This document shows positions 12,486 to 25,800 of a stretch of 64,000 nt of DNA, one piece after another (position 1 is the first letter of the stretch; each line of letters starts with the position of its first letter). Source of the stretch: Antedon mediterranea. Lineage: Eukaryota > Animalia > Echinodermata. Made by a program: the position numbers and the translations under genes. The stretch is from contig NC_092672.1 in the NCBI RefSeq assembly GCF_964355755.1, positions 36,772,437 through 36,836,436 on the forward strand. The letters are read 5' to 3'. The notes under the pieces are model-generated. The model was not told the origin of the DNA. It searched no databases and worked only from the letters and a program-made list of their open reading frames with translations.

Positions 12486-13710
12486 GTACACTAAACATAT
12501 TTTAAGCAAAATTAGTTAGGATTTTCTGATGAAGCACTGAGGTTAAAAATATTGGAAAGACATTTTATCAGGTGAATCACTTTAAAGAAACATTTAAAAG
12601 AAAAAAAACACAGAAGTAAACAATACAAGGCACATTAAAAAAAACCAAAATAAACTTTTAAAAAGTGAGGTCAGAATCTAAAATTGAATCATTTAAAATT
12701 TCAAGGGGTACTGTAAAATTAATTTATATTTAATTTTGCATATCTACATCACAAGCATTATAATTTAAAGTAATTTTCTCAAATGTTCTGGGTATTTGCA
12801 ATATACAGACAAAATAAACAAAATTTGAATTCATAATAATCAACAAATTAGATTTCAATGACATTAATTAGAGCTCAACCAATCAAATTTGACAAAAGTG
12901 ACATAACATGACCTTACATAAAGAAACATTGTACATAGATAGATATCACCTTTTTTTGGTCAAAGTGTGACAAACTGAACAAAGACATGTTTTGTTGTGG
13001 AAAACATGAGCAATTAATAATATAATAGATGATTAAAACAAAAAAACAAATGTACTTTATGGTCCTTGCAACCTACTCACAAAAAAAAACATAATCATGT
13101 CATCAAAATTGTGTATTGCTAATTCCTCTTTCCAATATCGCTACATAATCATCACATCATCAAATGTTGTGCTTGACTCATCAAAGATTGTGTATCTCTT
13201 ACTTATCCTTTTCAATAAAGCTACTTGATGATGTCATCATACAGTACTTTGTGTTTGATTCAATAAAGCCTGTATAATCATGACATCAAATTTTGTGCTT
13301 GACACATCAAAGGTTGTAAATTCATAATCCTTGTCAATAAAGTTACATGTGATGTCATCAAATGTTGTGCTTGAGTCTTCAAAGATTGTGCATTGCTTAT
13401 TCCTTTGAATGAATGTAGTATTTCACCGGAGGAGAGTTTAATTTATTCTGTAGATTTTTAGACATAATACCGTCTTGTTCAAAATAGCACGTTTTCTCAG
13501 CATTCAATCAAGGCTGCTTATAGTCAATATATTATTTTTAAATTCACACATTTTCATCTGTTCTTCATAAACATTTCAGACAGAACACAAGGGTCTCTAA
13601 GCATCCCATAATAATTTTATAAATTATCTTTCCATCGCAGTAAATAAAGAAGGTCTGTGATTGGTCGATATTCCATGTGATTGTTATATTTCATCTGGTA
13701 AACCGAATCA

Positions 13711-13843
13711 TCAAAGTAGAGCTGCTATTGTATTGTACAACTGCATCAGTACCAACATATGGACAGGTAAGCATGACTGACGATCGCCGGTTGCGGGGTC
13801 AACTGACAGCCACGACAGGTTGTTATAGTTTTCTAACACATAC
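13711..13843 (-). CDS. MED13: MED13 terminal coding exon (133 nt including TGA)
   Basis: [43 protein letters not shown]; tttcag acceptor. Confidence 0.96.
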
Positions 13844-16800
13844 CTGAAAGAAAAAAATGAACATTATGTTTCAAATTTGTACACTACTTATTAATTAATC
13901 TATAATAATAATTTATATTTTTACAGAGTAAATCATATTTTAAGGTGACACAGAGATGAAATCCCACAAAGTGTCCCCTTAATAGTAGAGTTTAAGGTCA
14001 TTTAAAGCTCTGCCTTATTTAGGCATATTCCACTTTTTTTGTCAAACTAGTTTGATAGTGTGGACAGAGCTTAAAGAAAGGATGCCCCAACACATTTCAT
14101 TTTGGAAAAGATGAATTTTAACCGAAGACATTATTATTTTATTATTAAGTAACTGAACTTTGGTTAAAAATACTGGTAGTAAAGAAACACACAAGTAGCA
14201 ACTTACCTAAGGACGTCAGTTGTAAGGTTCGAATCTAAAGGATGGCAAGACTTTTTCTCGGACTGCAATAAATCTTGGCCCTGTGTTTCAGTTGATGTGT
14301 TGACGTGTAATGCAGCCTTTAGGAAGACGGGACAACTGTTCTCGGCCTCGGGACAAGACGTCCAGAACCACTTGGGAAGCGGGCCCGTTTTGGCGGTTGA
14401 GATAAAGTAACCTAGAGCTAGAGGTTGCTGGAGCACGGCTTCTTCTGACTCACCTTGGAGGACGTGAAGACCACTAGGATTCTGAAGAGTAAAAACATTA
14501 TTAATATGATATATATAACTTCTTATTACCTTATTGTCTTTTTTAAGAATCTTGATTTAAAAGCTTTGCTTATTGCGAGTTCCCTTTACCATTTCCCTTT
14601 TTGATTACATTTTTGTACATATCCTTGGTTATATGGAATAAATTGATTTTGATTGATTAATTATCAAGGGAAAATTAAATTGTCATGGTATGAAAAAACA
14701 TTAGAAAAACGAAAAGGGAGTTTTTTTTGCATAAAACTAATTCATTTTGTATCAGCTCTTGTACAATTAATTTAAAAAAAAATGTTGCTTCTAATTTATT
14801 GTTTAAAGCATACCTTTGCAGCTGGGTCTGTTCCTTGGAATGAGTTTTGACGGTGAGACGGTGAGGATGACGCAGTTTGAGGAAGAGGCTCTTCCATGCC
14901 AATGGCATCGTCAAGACCACCAGGGGATGTAGATAGATCAAAGAGTTTAGTGAAATCCAATGGTCCCTCGTCTTGTCCAAGATCAAGAACAAGATTTTCG
15001 CCTGCTATCATGCTTTCGCTGATGGAGTCAAACGGGTGGTCATTGTGCGTGACCCCCTGGGTAGTAGCACTAGTGGGGAAGACTAGAATATGGGTGCAGG
15101 TTGCATCTTTAGGGGTGCTCAGGGTGTTGTTGGACTGTTGCACTTGGCTAACTTTATTCAGCTTATCAGCAGCTGAATCTGAAAACATAATATACATACT
15201 TTGAAAAATGTGTTCATCTGGTTTTTATATTAACTATCTGTATATAATCTAAAAACAAAATATAAATACTTTTAACAGTACTATTTAAGCAATGTACATC
15301 TCTACTACTGTCTAGGGCTTTGGGCTAATAAGATGTGGAATGGAGTCTCATCAATTGTTTTCAGTAAACAACATGCATACACATTTTATACACAATCAGA
15401 TATTTATATATATATATATATGTTGAAGAGATTGGAGACTGATGTAGAAAGAAATACCATCATCAGAACTATGACCCTTCTTTTTATCTATGACCCTTTT
15501 GTGGTCGTGTTCGTAGCATTCAAAAGGTAAAACACCTTCTTAGTTCCACAACAGGTAGTGAAGACCTGTACACATACCCAAGAGTCAAATGTTTTGTAAA
15601 ATATCAAAAGGTTATTTTTAAAGAGAAATAGACATTATCGTCTAGGAGTGTGGGTTGACGATAAGCTGTGGCAGGGGGTAGTCTTGTGGCATATAGCCAG
15701 TCTCAAGGTCATCATGACTTCAAAATCAGTCAATATATGTTTTATATTCCCTTTCACTTTACCTGCTAAAATTTTGAGGGTAGCTTCTGGTTCCAATGAT
15801 ACAAGACAGGCACTCTGAATGCAAGGAATTTCTGAATTACTTGTAATATTGCACATGTTACACAATACATGGAGTTGCTGCGTTCGTTTCGCCAACGCCT
15901 TACGATTTAACAACTTGTTCCAATCTGTAACATAGAATGTAGACATGGTTATGACTGCATGATGTAAATAGAAAAAAAAAATTATACATTAAGGAAACAC
16001 GCCGAATGTTTTGCAATTTTTTAAGTAGTTTATATCAGCTGCTGCTTTTACAGATTTTTTTCGAGATCTTTTCCAACTTTCGTTAAGTCCTTGATTAACA
16101 CCGAAGTGTTTAAGGTGATGACATGAATAATGTTGCCGAACTTCCGACAGCATAATAAAATTAAAATAAACTTGAGTTTGATATAAAAAAATTTAAATAT
16201 ATTCATTTGACAATACAACCTGTTAAAAAGCTAATACATGTTTTATGTTAAGACTTATTTGACATGTTTATCAAGATACCTTTCAGCTCTCCATGCCCAA
16301 GACGTCCAAACCTGCCAACTACTAATCTCCACGGATGAGCCGCTCTACACATCACCTCCAGAATAAAATCCCAGATCTTACTCAACGCAATTTGCCGCAC
16401 AGAAACCTTTTTCCGTCGCGTGTGGTTAGGAACGTCAATACTGATAATTTTAGTGTCCATCGTTTCTCCCTTGTTATCTGTGCATGTTGCGAGAATCCAT
16501 CTTTGGTCATGTGATAAACAATAAACGCAGAACAACTCTCCCCACTGTTGTTGCCGCTCCCCAAAAGTTTCCCCTAGTTCAGTTTGTTTATCCTTGATAG
16601 GGGCAAGCACATATGGCGGCTGGTAAAGCCTTTGTAAATGAGCAGCAGAATCCTGTTGTAAAAAACATTTGTATAATTAAAATCATCTTATAGCTTATTA
16701 TTTTTAATAGACAAGTACATATTTAAATATATGTTGAAGAGATTGGAGACTGATGTAGCAAGAAATAACATCATCAGAACTATGACCCTTCCTTTTTATC

Positions 16801-19800
16801 TATGACTCCTTTTTATGGCCGTGTTCGTAGCATTCAAAAGGTAAAACACCTTCTTAGTTCCACAACAGGTAGTGAAGACCTGTACACATACCCAAGAGTC
16901 AAATGTTTTGTAAAATAAACCTAATTTTTTTACTATGAAAAAGTAAAAGTGTCAAAAGCTTTGCATGTACTATATAAACCAACAAACATTTGTCCAGATG
17001 TTGGTTATGCTTCAATGGTTTTACAGTTTACTTAAGTGAAATTTTCTTATTGAATTATATAAAAGACACATACCCTGTTTGTTTTCAAGATCCCTTCCAG
17101 TTCAGCCGTGGGCCCAAAGCCTGTCATACTCTTACTTAGCAAGGTGGGCGTAACAATCTTCCGGCATTGTGAAAACACGGAGAACGCTAGGCACTTGGCA
17201 TCGTCCAGCGATGGACTATTGAGGTCGCTATTCATTGTATGAATTATCTTGGAAACTGGAACAATCTGTTGATGAAAAGAAGTTTATAATCATTAAATTG
17301 GTGTTGCACAATGTAAATATATAAGGTACATAATTGCATTCAAAAAACACAAATGTGTGATATACAGTGTTTAGATAAACAAATCAAGGAAGTGCATATT
17401 AGAAATATAACATATCAATTTGATTTCCAAGTATTTGAGAAGAGGTATTTGTATTCGTTTAGTGGAATCAACAATTATGACTCTGACTATAATAAACTAA
17501 ACACATCATTGAGAAGCCTTTTTAAACATGGCAATAATGAAAATAATCTTCATCATCAGCCTAAAGCTCTGTCTACACTATAAAACTTTATGTGACATAA
17601 AAATGTGATGTGCCCATATATGGACATGATGATGTCATATCACTACCATATTTGGGCACATCACACTTTATTTGTCAAACTAGTTTGATAGTGTAGACAG
17701 AGCTTTAAGCTAAATCAATAAATATTTTAAACTAACCTGTAAAACAACAGAACGTTTTAACTTCTCATCCAGGTTAAGATACATCTCCATAAAACATCGT
17801 ACCAAACCCACAGTCGCTATGGAGTTGAAATCGCCAGCCGATTCAAAGTCTGAGGAGAACGGGTCAATCATGTAAACGACGATTGCTGGTGGATGGACCG
17901 TGTCGTCATTGTCTGCAGACAAGCTGGGATTTTCCTTGTTTTCGACAACTTCTGCATTGTCTTGACAACCTGTGAATATATTAGTTGAGATAGTTTGTAT
18001 CAATTTTTAAGCAATTTAAAAAAACCTCATTTAAAAGTATAAAAAAAAAACACCACAGTTAAAAGCAAACCTCATCAGGAGTTTTAAAAAACACACCAGA
18101 GGATTTAAACAATTTAATTTTAAAAATGTAGTTTTGTGTGTGGAAGGCATCATTATATAACAATTTATATTGAGTGAATAGTAAAACAATAATTTTCCAA
18201 ACTAGCCTCACTGCAGGCTACTTAATTCAAATTCAAAAATTATCTTTATATATCCTTCAAGAAATTATTCTTACCAGAGTTAGCAGATTGGCATGGTGCT
18301 GCTGGTGGTCCCATGTCTCCATCACGAGGTGTTGACGTTGAATTATATGAATTTGAGCTTGGGTTGACAGGTTTGCTGGCCACTGACGGCCCAGAACCTC
18401 GCTCTGGTCGTCCACGGAAAAAGATGTTCTCATCAATTGGCTCACTTAATAAAAATGGGGCTGAAAAAAAAATTGTTTTAACATTGCATAGATCCTGGTT
18501 TAATACATTAATTTATTTTATTCACTCTCAATTATACACAGAACAAAAAGTATATAAATGCTTTTAAAAAAAATCAAAAAGTTTAAAACAAACAACCAGA
18601 AATGACTTCATAATAAGAAAAAAAAACTCAATAAATTTAATAATTTTCTTTTATGAATTTTCATTCTCAACTCACCAACATGATGTTTGCAAACTTGAGC
18701 ATAAAGCTTTAATTTAGGAGCATCTGGATGAGTCCCTATATGGAAAAAATTGAACAAAAAAGAGTGATATTTATTTATTATTTATAATAAGTAAATTCCA
18801 AATAATAATCAATCCAACATAATTTTGAATTTAATGATTTAATACCTTACCTATTTGTGTAAACCAGCCGTCTACAGATTCTCGGTGAAGTTTCGAGGCG
18901 GCTTTCTTGCCAACACGATATATACCATCGCGGAGTTTTGGAATTGGAACGTGTCTTCCTAATCTACAGGTCTGTAAAGAGCGAGAGACAAATTGGTTTA
19001 ATTTTAATGAACTTCTACTGTATCCTCCATTTAAGTGGTCTGTGTCGAGTTCTAGAAACTGACCTTAAGCTCTGTCTATACTATTAAACTTTATGTGAAA
19101 AAAAAAATGTGATGTGCCCATAATTATGGACATATTACAACCATATTTGAACTTTATTTTTTTGCTTGTATTATTTGAGGTAACTGCAGTCTAACTTATT
19201 CGTATTCATCTATTTAATATTGTTGATTGTGTTGTCTATTGTTTTACATTTTTTTTTATTGTGTAATAAATATGCAATTCAGCCATGTGCAGCCATGTAT
19301 GTACTTTTGAATGGGAATTTTTGAATAAATATACCGAGATATATCACCACCATATTTGGAGAGCTTTAGTTTAGTTATAGAGTAAGTACTCACTTCATAC
19401 ACAGCACTGAGTTCTTTAAAGAATGCCTTGGCTTTCCGCAGAATGTAATGGTTGTCTGGCGCTACAACTAAATAGGCTACATCTCGGGGGCAACTGTACG
19501 GTTCAAGTAATAATTTCTCCTGCGAAACAAACATCACAAATAGAGATTTTAGTTTGATAACCTTGAACATTTAACAAATAGTATTTCATATTATTATTAT
19601 ACTTATATTTGCAACATATAGAACAAATTATTCATTCATTCACTTTTATTTTCAAGAAAATAAACAAGCAAAAACAGATAACATCAACTTATAAATAGGA
19701 GGTTAAAAAAAATACCACATGTTTCATGCAAAAATGACCGGGGTAAAAATGTTCACAACATTAGACGCTATATAAATCCCGGATATTATTATTATTATTA

Positions 19801-22800
19801 CTTTTGTCTTAACAATTAATGCTATATTATATGTGGTGTAATTTATTTATTTTTTTCAAAAATATTTAATGATGGTAGTCTATCCAGTCAAATTTGGGCC
19901 TCTTAGAAGAATACAAATGGACAATATAACATGTTGGTTGTGTATAGTAAAATCTTACCCATTTTCTTAGTGCATAAGGTGAGAACGATAGCCATTCTTT
20001 GTCATGTCCAACCAGTAACGGTGGAATGGGTAATGGATGTGATGATTGTTGAGGACCTGAAAGATAATTAAACGATTATAAATATATTTAAACAATTTAA
20101 TGTCTCAAAAGCGAACTAAACATAATGTAATGTAAAAACTATACGTACCTTTCGTAGCACAATTAAAGAAAAATTGCCAGGTCAAAGGTCCTTGGACAGT
20201 GTAGACTTTTTCCCAGGCTCTTCTATTGCCCCGTTTTAGTACAGCATCTTGTAACAGTGGCTGCATGGAGGACAATGCCCTCATTAACTCTTGTGTCGTT
20301 AGACAACTCTTTTGAGGATCTGCAAATTAAAAGATTTAATACATTTTAAAGATACAAGAAAATTAATTTATTATGTGCTACAAACATATAAACAAAGCAA
20401 TTGCAATAATATTTAAAAAGGTTAAGTTCTGAAATGGGCACCACCCTTTAGTTGGATTTTTATCTTTTCTCATGTAAAGGAATTTTATTTAATTACTTTA
20501 GGAAAGAAACATTTAGAAGTCATTAATTATCACTTTATTTTTAAATGAAAAGTGCACAGGCTATCTTCTTTAAAATGGTAAATAAATAAATAAAAATAAA
20601 TAAATTTCATTAAATTAATTAATTTTTAGTTGAGGCATATCTGAAAAAGTAATACATCTTATTACAAAATTAACAAACATGTTCAGAATATGCACAATCA
20701 AATTCTTGCAAAGAAAAACGGTTAATGACAATTTTATGCACTTATATGCTGTACATGATGATACATAATTAATGATAACTATATACTTTATTACTTGCTT
20801 TCAAGGGAATCAACTCAAGGCCTAGATGTAGACAAGATATTCAACCTATATATTCATTTGTTTATGAATACTAATGAGGTCATTACTCATCCTAATTGGT
20901 TGGAAATGACATCACTTCATGTATTGTTTCATGAGCTGAATATAAAACATTTTGTTTTTTATAGATTCATTCTTTTATAATCAAACACTTTATTTCGCTA
21001 TTTTGTATAGTTGTATTTGATATCAATAGTTTTGTTTACTGCAGTAATTAGTTGTATTGTATCATATCATATATTATTGTAAATATTATTATATCCAAAT
21101 GATTTGATATGGAGTGCAAAACTTGGGTTTTTGCCGAATTCTTAATCCTCATCATTATGCATTTGTGACCAAAAGAATTCTGATTTGTTTCCTTTTATAA
21201 ATTTATTTTAATTTTTCAGAAAGGAAAAATTAAAATAAATTTAAACTATGCAATTGTGATGCTAATAATGTGACATTAATATAGCGCAATTTTGTAAGGA
21301 TTAGAAAGCTTTGAGTGTTTGTTGATTATTAACATTATCTAGACTCTAAGCAGGATATCGGCAAATCTAAGGGTATTCTTCCTCTCAAAATATAGGTATA
21401 CTAAAGCTTAGGTTTAATTATAAGAACAAAAACAGACAATCATTTACTGTTGACCAAGATAGGCTTTGAGATTTGTTCAACAGTGTATAGCAAAGTTATC
21501 CAACCTATATTGACTATACACTAATGATTCATGACCCATGATTTCTTATAAATTACACCATGTAAATACGTACATTTCCACCTAGTTATGTCAATTGTAA
21601 ATGTAAATCCAAGTTCTTAGCAGTACAAGTCCGCTAGCCAATGGCCAGTAAAACCCATTAAAAAGGCCCGTAAGACCGTCCATTTAGCTGAGTAAATTTT
21701 TCTCAGAAAATTTCATACATAATAAACTATTAATTTTGAATTTAGGCCAGTAACAAAACTGATTTACTGACTGGTAAAAAGCTGGGAACTTAAAAATATT
21801 CTTGAATGACACCTGCCAAATTTATTTCTTATTTAACCTGTATGAGTAAAATCAGGGATCTAAAATTAAAATACTCTCTCTGTTTGAAAACAGAGCGCGT
21901 TTGTATTTTTTAAAAAGTGGCCAAGGATTACCAATAGTAAATAAATCACTGTCCTATCAGATAGGTGGTAATCCCCTGGATACAGCTGAGCTATTTTGCG
22001 AACCCCGTACTTTTCTCGCATGATGAACTGTGTTCTTTAATATGCACACAGGTTATAACTGTGTACACTGGTCCTACAGTTTATAAGAAGACGTGTTCCA
22101 CTACCAGAACTAGGAGTAAGTCGGCCTCGAACTCATGCTGATATTGGTGGCTCTTTAGGTATGGCAAACAACGCCTCTACCTTAACCACTCAGACTTGCA
22201 TGTGATTTTGTGCATGTAATTGTCAGTTAATACAAATTAACTAAAATATTATTTGGATGATAAAACTGAAAGTCTTCTACTTACGGCAAGTAAATGCCCA
22301 ACTATGTAGCAAAGCCTTGTTGTCCTGCAGTATACGACTGTTGCCGCCATCCGCCAACTGACGACCCTCCTCAATTGCTGCGTAACATGCGTTACAGCCG
22401 TCTATTATTTGAAAAACACATCAATGCAACTTTTTAAGTTTAAATCAATTTAACAGTGTATATCAAACAGTAAAAATCACCTTAACTATTATTATTGAAT
22501 TCAGTTTTGAAAATTAACCTCAGAAAATATATTTGTTTATTTTTCTTGTCTTAAGCTCTGACTACACTCGCAAACTAGTTTGTCAAAAAAAAGTGTGAAA
22601 TGCCCAAATATTGTAGTAATATGACATCATCATGTCCATATGGCGGTTTGATAGTGTAGACAGAGCTTTAAATGACCAATAAATTAAAAAGAACTGGTTT
22701 GATTAAAAAAAAGTTTTTCACATAAGCACTTCTTATTGTGTCTTGACTTAAGCATAAACATTAACAACTTAAATGGCACTGTACTACTCACCTGATATTT

Positions 22801-25800
22801 CCAACTGTAAACGTAACTTGTCCATATGATTCTGGTTGCTCCAACTACTCCTTTTCTTAATACTGTTTAATCTGCACAAAGTTGAATAAGGAGAATTACA
22901 AAGTTCTTGTAGCATTTTCACTACGTTCTCCGTAGTACTAAGTTTTGTCTCATTCTCTCTACCTTTCCCGACAGAATCTTTCCCTGACGTAGTTTCAATA
23001 TTATTAATCCCTTTCGAGCATGCCCATAATGCTTGATCGTTCGACTGTCCGATAACCTCGGATTCGTCCTCCGCAAAAAGGCCGCTGACAAAAGCGCACT
23101 TGCGGTTCATAACCGCACTGAAACCGCACACACATTTGTACTGATGTTGGACAGAATGATCCGGTATGTACATCCCTGCATCCGCTCCTTTAATGTTCAT
23201 ATTACACGCGCAAATCACGCAACTGTCAAAGTTTCGATCCTTATAAATGTTCATGAGCGAATCGGACAGAATTAAATTGACCATAACACTATCTACTTCT
23301 GGACATATACTAGTAGATGTGGGACCCTCAATAGAATTAAGATTTTTTATATAAGATGAAGCCTCAGATGCTGGACTTTGTAACTCCATATTATGCACAC
23401 TCCTGGGTTCATGAAAGGTAGCTGGTGATTGCATACTAATAGAGGCTACTGACGGAGGCCGTCCAATGCTTCTAGGACCGTGTTCCATGTGGGATAGCCC
23501 TATCATCTGGTTTTCTTTAACTTGCATGGGGTATTCCACTTTAGTAGGGGGAATCTACAAAATAATTAGACATAACGTTATTTTACTAAGTAAACAAATG
23601 TATACAATATATAATACAATACAATTTCAATAAATTTGGTACATATCAAGTTACAACCTCAACTCCTATTAACATGACATTTGGTACATATCAAGTTACA
23701 ACCTCAACTCCTATTAACATGACATTTTCCTGTGAAACTAATGAGGATATTTTAACACCACTTAGGCCAACCCATATTCAGAGGAAACACCTATTAAAGG
23801 GACATTCATTGGACCAAACAAAATGTCCCCTTAATAGGCCGTGTTCATGGGACCTGGAGGTGTTCTCGGGTTCTATTGAAAATAGCCTGCGAGAAATCAA
23901 ACCTGCAATGTTTGCAGCACTGTTGCATCGTCGGTTCCCACTTGTGATTACGCAATACAGCACTTTGCGTCGATACGTCGCTGCAGTGTATCGCATTCTA
24001 GTGGAAATCACACTTTAGTAGTGAGAGCCTTACCTGCCAGGATGCTTTATAATAGCAGATTTCAGGCACTCTGAAGGGTGGCAACTTGGAGCTAGGAAGA
24101 TTTTTGAGTGGTGCGTACATACTTGGTCCTACGAACTTCTCCACCTGTGATACCTTGAATACATATGTCCAATCCTAAACAATTTCAAAAAATATAATTA
24201 CTACTATTACAGAATACTTCTTAATAGTGAAATAATAATTGAAACTATATCCTTGTAAGATATGAACAAACTACAAGCAATAAAGCTCTGTCTACACTAT
24301 CAAACTAGTTTGACAAAAAAAGTGTGATGTGCTCAAATATGGTAGTGATATGCTCAAATTTTATAGTGATATGCCCCAATATGATAATGATATAATGACA
24401 TCATTATGTTCATATATTGCCACATCACATTTTTGTCACAAAAGTTTGATAGTGTAAACAGAGCTTCACCATTAGTTTTATTATCAAAAACCTGTTTTTG
24501 TATGCTTGCTATATTATCATTTTCAATTTCATTTATGAATTATATATTATAATTATTGCGACCAGCCTTTCATAAATATACAGAGTGAAACACACCTCGA
24601 TTGAATAAGGCCTAGGGCTTCCCATGTCCTCATCAACTTCGACCTCCGTCAGTTCACCGTTGACCATCACTTGTGGCTCAATGATGGTCATGCCCGCTGA
24701 CTCTGGATTTGTGTACTCCACAGCACCAGGCGTTACTGGTGAAAAAGCTGTGTGTTGTTGTTCTAATGATGGCGGTGTTGGGAACATCTGCGATAATTCG
24801 GGACCAGTGGTGCCTGTAGAGTTACAAAAATTAGGAAAATTCATACTTTTAAATGAACAATTTTTATTTGATTTTGTGCATTTGAGATTGTAAATGTACT
24901 GATAATTAAATATATTAATTTTTATTATAATTTTAAGTTAGCTTTTCTGGCAGTTGATATAATTGTTAAGCACATCATTGATACTCCAGCATAAATCTAT
25001 TCCAAGTACTCATTATCATCAATATCAAATATTATACAAACAAACTGAAGATGTTTTATATTATACCAGCAATAATAATACAAGGCTACAATAAATAATA
25101 AATGAAAATATAAAATTATCGGCCAATAAGAAAGTTTAAAAAAATACTAAGTAGCTTTTAGTAAAAATCCTGAAATTAACCGAATTATATGTATAAAACA
25201 GAGACTGAAATATACCAGGTAAAGAATAGAAAAATCTTAGCTAAGTATTTACTAATCACAAATGGTTGTATGATAGCTCACAAGGGAATTGTATAATCAC
25301 TATATATAAATCTTGCTGTAAGACGGTACGTACGCCTCAATTCTTGTGTGATATATTACGTTTGTCAAGATGTTTGTGGAACAGGTTTGGACAGGAATCA
25401 TCTGGTAACATTGTATCATGACTAGAATAACATTCATGTTATTGATAATGTGACTGACAGTCATCAGGCTAATGATTTTATCATTTCTTGATGGTTATCA
25501 AATTATGCTGTTTAATTTGATAATAATTTATAAACATGTGGTATTTAAATAATTAAATAGTTCTTATTTGGTATTTGAATAATTAAATATTTCTCATTTT
25601 AATGTTTATTATTAGTTTTGATACAAAATAAATAGTGGAATAAATATACATTGTAATGAAATGGACATACAGTTTGTTAGGGTTACATGTTTGAAGCACT
25701 TGTGCATATTTTGTATCCCATTCCATTATCATTTGTACTATATTTGTATATGTTTTTATATTGATTTTCAAATAAAAATGTCTAGATTGATTGATTGATT

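Noticed and set aside
14896-15204. Plus-strand ORFs opposite MED13 exons (also 18313, 23033, 24624, 33313)
   Set aside because: They are antisense shadows of real exons.
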